Shown: positions 53,965 through 64,000 of the stretch, in pieces
Position numbering within the stretch: the first letter of the stretch is position 1
How the letters are laid out: every line of letters starts with the position of its first letter
Assembly: GCA_964057225.1 (NCBI GenBank)
Contig: OZ059895.1
Span: forward strand, 16,430,001-16,494,000
Source: Auanema rhodensis
Lineage: Eukaryota; Animalia; Nematoda
Direction: 5' to 3'
DNA: 64,000 bases
Position numbers and translations under genes: made by a program
Notes under the pieces: model-generated
Seen by the model: the letters and a program-made list of their open reading frames with translations, nothing else
Told to the model about the DNA's origin: nothing
Database searches by the model: none

Positions 53965-56900
53965 TGACGTTACACTATAGGAAGCTCGAAAGCTTCTGAG
54001 CTGATCTCTTTGATGTATATTACAGTCGTTTATTTGAAAAATTCCTTCTCTTTACAAATCATTTTCAAATATTTTTCGTCTAATTAATTTTGAATTTAAT
54101 ATTATTTTCTGTTTAAAACATGTAAAAAGAAATAGATGGATAATCAAAATGAATTATAATAGATAAATGGTTTAATAATTTGTATTTTTATTGTTGAAAG
54201 TTACTTAACTATACTAACTATGCTGTGTATACACATATATACACATATGTGTGTGTATCCTCTTCTCTTCTGTTTGTATCATAATTGATGACGACTATAG
54301 CCAAAAAAGAAAAAAATCGTCAAAAGATTTGCCGACAGTACATATGAATGTATGAAGTTTAGTCAGCTGAGTGAATGTGATTAGCAGCAGGAGTCAGTTA
54401 TGAATCTGCTACCTGATCCAACATCTCTTGATCTGCCATTCTCTCTCATCAACATCACCCATCCATCCATATGCTCAATAACAAGTAATTGTTTTGATTT
54501 CTAATAAATGGATCTACTTGACAAGTATTTTGGTAGATATTACCACTCATTATCTCTCTCTCTCTCTCTTTGGTTGTTTCCCTCTTTGTTCATGAAAGAG
54601 AGAGAGAGAAATACTGTACATAACTCTTGCAAGTGCGGAAAAAGTCAATGGCATTCTCGGCAAAGTGATGATGGTCCTGTGTGGGTGCAGTGACCCATGT
54701 CATCAGTCATCTACTCAAAGCCCATCCGACAACACGACTGCCAAGATATAGGAAGAGAGATGATGACAAGTTTGGAGATATAAAGAGAATGAGACAGAGA
54801 GTGTGTCTGAGTATACGATACTAGAGAGAGAGAGGGAGAGAGAGAGAGAGAAACTGTAGAGCAGTTAGTGTCAGGACACTCCTTCTTGACTTTTTTATTT
54901 TATTTTTAAAACATTTGGTTTGTGAGGGACCAATTTCTTCACATATTTTACTAAAATTAGCATAATATACATGAAAAGGTACACGTGGTTCACGTAAAAT
55001 TGATATTAATCATTTAGTAATAAGGAATACGCAGTAACCGGTTGAAATCATTTTCCAAAAGAATTCATTTAACTGGATAGTCAGGGAAGGTCTTTCATCT
55101 CATGATCAATTGATATGAATTTTAATTTATATGTTAAATTATTTATTTGTTTGTATACTATACATATAATATGATTATAATCAAAATTAAAATATTATAC
55201 TATATGTATAATTAAGAAAAAATCGACATTATCATCAGCATCATCTTATTCATGATCTACAATACTTTAGATAAATTTAATTCATATTTTCGTAATTTAA
55301 CTCATTCAATATGTTTGGACAAGAGACTCCTGGGAATTATGGTTATGTATATGTATATAGATAGATCTTGTTAATTAAGTTTCATATGAGAAATATACAG
55401 ATCTCTTTGTCTCTCTCTCTCTCTCCCTCCCTCTCTCTCTCTATGTCTTATGGTTTCAAATCATCTAAGGTCCATCTCGTCTGCTCTTTATCTCATCTGA
55501 TCTGCATAATTTTCATTAAAATGCTTTCAACTACATGTCTCAGCAAATGCTCATATTCTGTCGTTTTGAACGTAATAGCTCTATGAGCAGATGCTTCACA
55601 GCTCTCAGAAATAGGCTTCCGTTGACGTCTGTGTGGTGTCTGTGTATGATGAAAGCCATAGTTGTTCAAAGATGTCTCATATGTATCTGATATGTGTGAG
55701 CATTGAGATGTTCAAGATCAACATACAAGAGAGTAGAGATTTCTTCTAGCCTCAGGCTTCTACATCGCTCATCTTTGACAATATTTGGTTTGTAAGCTAA
55801 AGCAATGTAACAAGAAGATATTTTAATGAAATATGCTAATGAGCAAGTTGGTAAGAGAGTTTTGAAAGCCTTATAAAGCTTGATGTCATTAAATAGTACT
55901 GAGATAAAAGAGAGAATGAGCAAACAGCTTGACGAAGATGATGTTCAATAATCTCATAGTAGCATCAGCCTGAGGCAAGCTGAAATTGCTAATTAGCATA
56001 TAGTATATTGCATAACACGTGAAAAAGGTTGCATATACGGATGAAAAGGGAAACATCGCAACACGGAATTATACCATTATTCTATAGAATCATTTGAAAG
56101 AGAACAACTTAACTATACGGTATAGTTAACACAGATTTACCGCATAAATCGGCTTGCATATTCACTTAATGAATGTATTGAAACTGTTTGATGTTGTCAT
56201 TTGATTCACAAAAGAAGTCATCATACCATATCCAAATATGATAATTACTTATGAGATTGAAGATGAATAACATGCTGTTTATGCTAACCATGCTAAACAA
56301 TGACAATATCCTATACGAGCTATCTCGTTCTCTCTGTCTTCATCAGTCTACTGACATCCATACACCTTGTATTCATTCAATTCAATTCCATCCTCTGTTT
56401 TGTCGGCTAATTATAAACAACTTTTACCTAACTATACATATGTTTCATTATATAGTAAACCATGAAAAAACAATACAATACATAGTATACTATACATGTT
56501 TCATCTTATTATTCTTCTGACCATATTCGTCAAAGAATCATTACCGTCAACATCATCATGCTCTATACCTATTCTGTGTGTGTGTAACCTATGCTGATTA
56601 TAGGTGTTGACAGTCGGCTTTCATTGTGCCGCCTGTTACTTCGAGCATAATTAGACGATTTCCTTTTTTTTTTTTAATTTTTTTAACGACCTAAGGGATC
56701 TAAAGCTAAATTATATGTGTTTATAGGTTTATACATACAGCTAACTATACACACATCGTCTCTCAGCATGTAGCATATTCTCATGTCGAGTCGAGAACGT
56801 GACGTACGATACAGATGTCATGAGATCCGAGCAATTAGCTTGATTTTTAGCTATGACGTCATCTTAATTACTTAAAAAGTAAGCCGACTTTCCGACGATG

Positions 56901-59492
56901 ACGTCATTCACACATATGTGTATATGGTTAATGAACCGTTTTAATTAGTTAGCTAGTCATCAAAGTAAAGTTTAACGTAGTTAAGATAAGATTTATTATA
57001 CTATATTGACTACATTCAACATAGTTTGATGATAAGTTGACTAGAAATCAAGCTTCATGTTGTAGTTGATGTATACATCATGTTAGATCATCGGTTAAAT
57101 AAATAGCTTTCAAGTTTTTCATTCAATTTGAATGCATCTAATGCTGTAAGTATTAGTCATTTCATCATTCTGGTGGTCTTCTGTTTATCAGACTATTAGT
57201 CAATATAAGTTTCAAGCAATTTAAATAAACATTGTTTAGAAGAATTATACTATATATTGAATAATGATAACTATACATAACTATATGTATAGTTTATATT
57301 CTTTGAGCTTTTAGCATTATTCGTTGTGTTTTCTGATTCATCATACTACAGTAATCCTTATGTCTTTCGTGAAAATGAGACATTTGATGGCAAAAAATTC
57401 TGCTTTAAGCTGATTATTTGTCTTTGATCAGTGAATTTTGAATGAAAAAATGACAGAAAGTTGGTACTTTAGTGTATGATGTTAGAGTAGAAGCACTGAC
57501 AGAGAGTGTGTATGAGAGAGAGAAAGAGAGAGAGTGAGAGAAAGAGAGAGAATCTTAAAGTAATTTTTGTATTTGATAGAATGATGTGAGTGAATTGTTG
57601 ATTGCAATGCTTCACGCCTAATTGGCAAATATACACAGAAGTTTTAGCAAAAGTTATCTCGATATTGGATGTCTTGCACTACGTCAACATCTTCTCGTGA
57701 TTATGATCGTCATCCATAGATTAGACATACATGTGCTCGTCGTCGACTTCGTCCGTTTCGTACTTCGATCATTCCTCTTTTACCTTCCCCTCTCCCCTCT
57801 CTCTCTCTCTCTCTCTAGAAATGTACAGCAATCCGACGAGAATTGAATGAGTATCTGTTTGTAAACGTGATCAAAACCTATATCATTCACTCCTGTTTCT
57901 GTCTTAGTTCGGCTTCTTTTTCAGAGTCTTGTGCCACCTTTTTTCTCTCTCTCTCGCTGTTTTCCTCTCTGGCTCTCTTTCTCTCGCATGTTTCCTCTTG
58001 TGAACTCTCCCGATAAGCACAATATCACCTCGTCAAGAGGCTTGTTCATCATTATCTGAGAAATTGATTTGATTGACGAGGCATTAAGCGTCAACTCTCC
58101 TGAAGTCGTTCACTCTTTTCATGTCTTATGAAGTCTCATCCCTCTTATCTACCGTATTCTGCTTCTGTTGCGGTTGAGCTTGTTTGCAAAGAAGTACCGA
58201 CGATTGAAGACGACAATGATGAAGTAAAAGAAAAGATAGAACTTGAGAATCTATTTTGAACAAACAGTCAAAAAGAAGTAGCCGGATCGTCGTTTGATAA
58301 GCAGAACTAATCTGTGAAAAGAGGATGAGATTGTATTGAAAAGCTGAGAGAGCTTGATAGATAATTCTAATGATGATTGAAAACAATACGAAGAAAAGCT
58401 CAAGAGCGAGAGTATGGGAGAGAGAGAGAGGGGGGGGGGGGAGAAAGAGAAGATGAATTAGAAGAAGTCATTGTGAAGTGGTCGTAGTGATAAACGGTGT
58501 GAAGTATCAACATTCTGAAATCGGCTGGTGATACAGTCCAGTGCATTCAGACAGCTAGAGAGATTAGTAGTCGAAAGCACAATCAAATCTGATAATTGAA
58601 TTGGAAGAGAGGAAGCAGAAAAGACGAAAGGACTAGTATGAAGTAGAAGGAGAGAGAGTGAATAGTACACAAGACTTCTGAGGTTACAATCGTCCTCGGA
58701 TAAGCAATCACGATTAGATCGACGAATACAAGCATCGAAACCGACAATCAAACAGGATTCTGAAGATGATGTTGAATCATTCACAACTTTCTTTCAATAA
58801 TATCATTAATATGATGAATTTAGGTTACTGAGGGACGAGCAAATGCTTTAATTTGGATATTCTTTGTCGAAATAAGGTGTTCAAGCATCTTCTCTAACTA
58901 TATACTAATTAATTCATAACAATTTAATTATATGATATAGTATATGTAGAGAAAATATAGTTACTTTCAATAATTTTAATTATATGTATATTGATTAAGT
59001 ATATTGTAAACTAACTATATGTACTATATATATTTCTTATTTACTATATGTTATGACGTCATTGTATTTATAAAATACAATCATGTTTGTTGTTGTGATA
59101 TTACTCTGACGATGTAAATGAATTGAATCATTATACTCAGCTGATATAGGTACAACATCAGCTTGTGCTGATATTGCGCAATGATAACGAGTACACCAAA
59201 CAAGATACTTATAGAATTCTATTTAATTTTGTTAATATATGTATATATATTAAACAAAAAGACATAAATAATAATAAATAGTTAAGAAGATGATATAGAT
59301 AAGTATGGAAATATGCTGCTCTGCAAGATATAGCATTGTAATGGTTGTTGAAAAGCTTTTACCCATCTTCATTGGTAACGAATAAAAGCCCATAAGATGC
59401 TTAAGCTTAACTATCTTTGAACGAAAAAAAGCTTGAAATTAGCATAATTTTAATGTTAATTATAAAGCTTTTAACTGATAGACGACTGATGA

Positions 59493-59570
59493 GAAAGTTC
59501 ACGTAAGATACGAGTGCAGCATGCGAAAGGTCACGTAAGAGTAGTATGGCTATACGTGAAAGTTCACGTA
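59493..59570 (+). repeat. Three copies of GAAAG(T/G)TCACGTA at 32-33 bp spacing
   Basis: Copies start at 59493, 59525 and 59558; the spacers are unrelated to each other. Confidence 0.8.
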
Positions 59571-62500
59571 TTGCTCAAAGTCTTGCATGTCTGATGAAAT
59601 TGATGTGCTGCCGTATACTATTTCGAATATATAATATACATATTTAATATTATTATAATAATAATAATACAAAATATGTATATTGATGTGTGATATTGCA
59701 TGATTATAACATGACCTTATTGCATGTTTAACCTATTCTAATTATACATATTTATGATTCATTTATAACTATAAATATTTATAATTTTTTATATATAAAT
59801 ATAGTTAAAATACTATAACGAGAATGGATGTTATCTTGACCATTATTAGAACACCTGTAATTGATCGAGAAGGATCATATAGGCTATCTTATACTATCTT
59901 TAATAGCCTTTCTTTCTTACATACATCTTCATCTCAACTATATATTATAGTTAATTTGTATTAAAAACTTGGTCAGGCTTTCATAGAACTTTGTTCAAAC
60001 TTATTCTGAAGGATAGATTGTATTTGCGCGAAAAATTAATTAATCAAATCAATCCAAATATGTTATATAAATTATATGAGTAGATTAAGGTATAAGATAA
60101 TCTATTCAGATTGTATTGGAAGAATAATGTTTTTTTCTGGTTTTTGACAGTAAAAAAATCTACAAAAATGGTTGAAGAGATGACAAGGACATGATGATTA
60201 TCAGATTCAGACATCATGTAGCAGATGACAGACGCCATCGTCATTTCATTGCCACTCTTCATGTTGTAGCCTGTATTCTGGACAGACAAATGAGTTTTTA
60301 GACGATTGCCTAGGCACGTCATTATCATATCAGATAAGACTTGATGATGAAGTAATCTACATATTGGCTATAACTTTCAAATTGAACGAGAAAATGGTGA
60401 CAGTGGAGGGAGATTGTAATATCTTTCGATAACATCCAACATCGTCTACACCTTAATGACAACATACATTGTGATGATGACGATGTTATCTGAGTTTTCA
60501 ATCTCACACACACACACACACAGCCACCACACTACTACTACTACTACGACGAGCTACTGTTATTGGTGATCGTAGACACCAACCGCAGCGTCGACCCCGC
60601 CAGCCATAGGCAATATGTGATTGAAGGATGAGCGATCGAACAGGTGTCAATGACTCATTAACAAGAAATTGTTATATTGAAATTAAGATTGTACACCTTG
60701 ATAATGACAAACTAACAACCGATATTGATGTAGTTTGAGATCTAGAAACAACTGACACATCTATTTCATTTTTTTTTGGTTTTTGACCAGAGATAAGTTG
60801 ACACATGGACATTACAATATAATTTGTAGAAAAATTGAATGACAAGGGACCAACCAAAATAGAAAAAGAAGCAAAAGCTTATAGAGTTAGACTTCTATTG
60901 ATGCTGATTATGTATTTCGTATTACGTAACTTCACTGGAATCAAATTCGCATTCATTTTCATCTAATCATCATATCATATAAGCTTCATAGATCACATAA
61001 AGTGCATCAAAGTTGTCGGAAAACGTTAAAGCACAATAGTTAACATGAGGATTGATTTAGGATGATTATCTCACGAGGTTAATCCAACTGAGACGACAAC
61101 CTGTCGTCCATTGTCGGTATTTAGCTCTTTTCAATCAAAACTATTTAACTGTTTAACTATGCTTCTTTATAGTTATACTTACTATACCATAGTAATTCAA
61201 CACAACATCAACTGACTGTTAATCTACTTCCTGCTCTCTCTCTATCTTTCCTTCTATCTCTCATATCCCTCTATGTTTGTATGTAAAGACCGCCATATTT
61301 GGTAACAGTATTGCATTACTTCAAATGACTTTGTTTCGGCATAATCAATAGTTTATATACTAAATCTGGCCACCTTTAACCTCGAATACGATGTGCTATA
61401 TGGTTGACCAACACAGAAGGTAGGCTCTCAGGTTGCTAATCCGCAAAGCTCATCGGCTCAGGACATGCTTCATAGCCTTATACAGTATAACATTCTCTCT
61501 TTCATTTACATTCTCTCTCTTCGCTCATCTCTTACTTCTCACCATGTGGTATCTTATTTCCACATTTTCGTACAAATCGCCTTTGTCGGCAGATATCTAG
61601 CTAAGGATAATATTAGATAAACAGGATGTCGGAACTTCAACTTTTACCCTTTTTGGCTTCTCTTACTCAATCTGTCTCTCTTAGTTTGTCTTCATCTCTG
61701 TTTAAGACTACCAAATACAAATCAAAAGAACTTAACTATGATAGGGACCAGTAAATGATTAAAGACATGAGAAAAATAGAAGAAAACTTTGAATAAATCT
61801 TAAAAACTTGAACATAAGGTTTTAAAGTTGAAAAAAAGAATTTATAAGAAGAATAGAATACATAGAAACTTTTCGTAATACAGTTTTGAGAGATAAAATT
61901 CAAAAAAATGTTTATATGAATGATAAGACAAGTAATTATGTTGTAATCAAAAAAGATGAAAAGACGAAGCAATAACTTTTGAAAAGAAAAGAAAATGTAA
62001 TTGCTGTACCAGTTCAGCATATGAACAGGACCCGGAAAGAAGGAAAAGCATTTGAAGCATGTGTATGTCTATATGTTAGTGCGTAAGCTAGTAGACTAAG
62101 TAACTTCATTTTGAATGAAAAACGAAAGATTTACTGAACGAAATACATGCAGCCTTCCATAGCTTACAAGTTGTCATTCATTGATGTATACGGTAAGAGC
62201 TGATGTCGTTACGACGACGATGAACATTCCCGGAAATGAATTAGGAATTGTTCCAAGACGGAAAGGATTTTACTTGGCAGCGAATAGATGTTCAAAAGCA
62301 GTGGTGAAGCATTAGGGGTTAACTATCAGTCTCAACTTCGTGTGTCTCTATTTCATGTTGCTCAACTAATCTCTCAGTTCGAACACACACAAACCTTCAA
62401 GCTTTTTCCGAAATAAGAGCTTAAAGTCTCTTTTGACTATTATTACTCTCTCAAGATCTATTAGTCTATACTATATGTATAGAGAAGCAACAAGAAGATG

Positions 62501-64000
62501 ACAATCAACTTCTCGATCCTAAATGAATCATCATGGCTTTACTAGACATAGTTGACCTAAGTTGGATTATTTAAATCGTTTTTTTCGTGTCCGACGCTTT
62601 TGGAGCATTCATTTTCTGCCATCCTGGATTTTCAGCCAATGCTTTGTATGAAAGTCGTTCACAAACTTCTAACATACACACAAATATCGTACTATTTTGC
62701 ATCTTAAAAACAAAGAAAAAGACAACAGATGATATGCTTGAACTTCATTTCTTACTACTCAACTCCTATATTAACTCAAATTATAGCCATACATGTATTC
62801 AATGGAATGATCAACATCATATTACAGCATGACAACCTTAACAGTATCTTAATCAGTTGATTAATCTATAATCAACTCTGATTAATGTACTTGATGAACT
62901 TGAATCAAGTTATCTATCAAATGTGTATATCTATCAGATTTCAAGTGTTTTGACCATCATGATCATAATCTACTTCTCACCTGTGCAGCATGTTGCAACT
63001 CTAAATCTATGCGGGAAAGCATGATGATGGATGACAACGTAACTTTCAGCGAAATTCTGCTACAACATGGTAATGAAGATGAAGAGATTAGAATTTCATG
63101 AATGAAATCATCAGGTAAAATAACGCTGGTAATGAATCAATCAGCTCATGTCACCATTACAGGTGATACATAGCACCTGATTTGATAGTCATAATCGTGT
63201 TCAATCTCGAACAAAAAAACCTCTTAAGATTGTAATCAGTGAAGGACATGTATAGTGACTCTGTCTACAATACATGAATCTTCTGGTGTTAGATGTTGAT
63301 TTAACTTCGTTGTAGCTATTAAAGATCATTATCTAACTGTGCTACCTACACAGCTGTAATCAACTGTGTACTCCAGCCAATCCACAGTTTCTAATACACT
63401 GCTTTAAGACTAAAGATATGAAATCCTTTAAGAAATAATGATTAAAGCAATTGCGGATGTAAAAGATTGCTATCAGAAGACATAGAACATGACTGGCATC
63501 CTCTGATGTTTCAATGAATTCACTCTCTTTCCTCTTAACTTCGTTCTTTCTTCCAAAACTCTCTTCATACATCACCAACACTAGCCCAGTATGTTTCCTT
63601 CAAAAGCCATTTTCTTACACAATTTGTACAAATTGGTTACAAGAATCTGAAGATGAAGATCTAAGATGACGATAAGAACGAGCGACAAGTGGAGGCCGAC
63701 AGCAGCAGCCGCCTCAGCAGCCGTGATCTATATACGTGCCACAGCATATTATGAGCAAATTTAACGATATATGGCTAGGTGAGGGACTGACAAAATAGCA
63801 AAAAAAATACAAAAAATAGCATAAATAGCATAAATAGTATAAATAATAATTCATATAGTATAGTAAACAAGATTGATGATGTTTATAGAGTTTAAGTACG
63901 TAGTGCTTGTAACAATTGTAAAAATACAATATTAGAAAAGCAATTTGATAAAGATTTGTTATAAAAGATTTATATTTGTTTTAACAAACGATAATAGCTG

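Noticed and set aside
2498-56500. ACATGT (Irx site) and CCGGAA (ETS site) occurrences suggesting autoregulation or ETS input
   Set aside because: By-eye counts are about what base composition predicts.
59493-59570. CRISPR-like repeat-spacer appearance
   Set aside because: Eukaryotic context, only 13-bp repeats in three copies, no cas genes.

Overview
Eukaryotic, AT-rich, microsatellite-rich DNA, most likely a rhabditid nematode (48-56 nt introns, TTTTCAG acceptors). Only two protein-coding genes could be built in 64 kb, arranged head-to-head. (1) An Iroquois TALE-homeobox gene (irx-1) on the minus strand: 6 coding exons, 6652..607, about 384 aa, with homeodomain and Iro-box. (2) An ankyrin-repeat gene on the plus strand: core exons 49377..53964, plus three probable 5' exons at 33050..33352 across a 16-kb intron. 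By domain layout and synteny it is Sosondowah (swah-1). This is the ancient bilaterian Irx-Sowah genomic regulatory block. The other ~60 kb is non-coding but highly patterned. It contains about 55 copies of TAACTATA in AT-rich islands, paired E-box clusters roughly every 7-10 kb (often with ATTAGCAT), a strand-polarised GAGGGAC motif, four copies of TACCGTAATC, paired CRE palindromes and a strongly purine-skewed domain upstream of irx-1. Almost all other ORF-track entries are artefacts of (GA)n/(CAT)n repeats. Motif counts were made by eye and expectations are rough estimates at ~35% GC.
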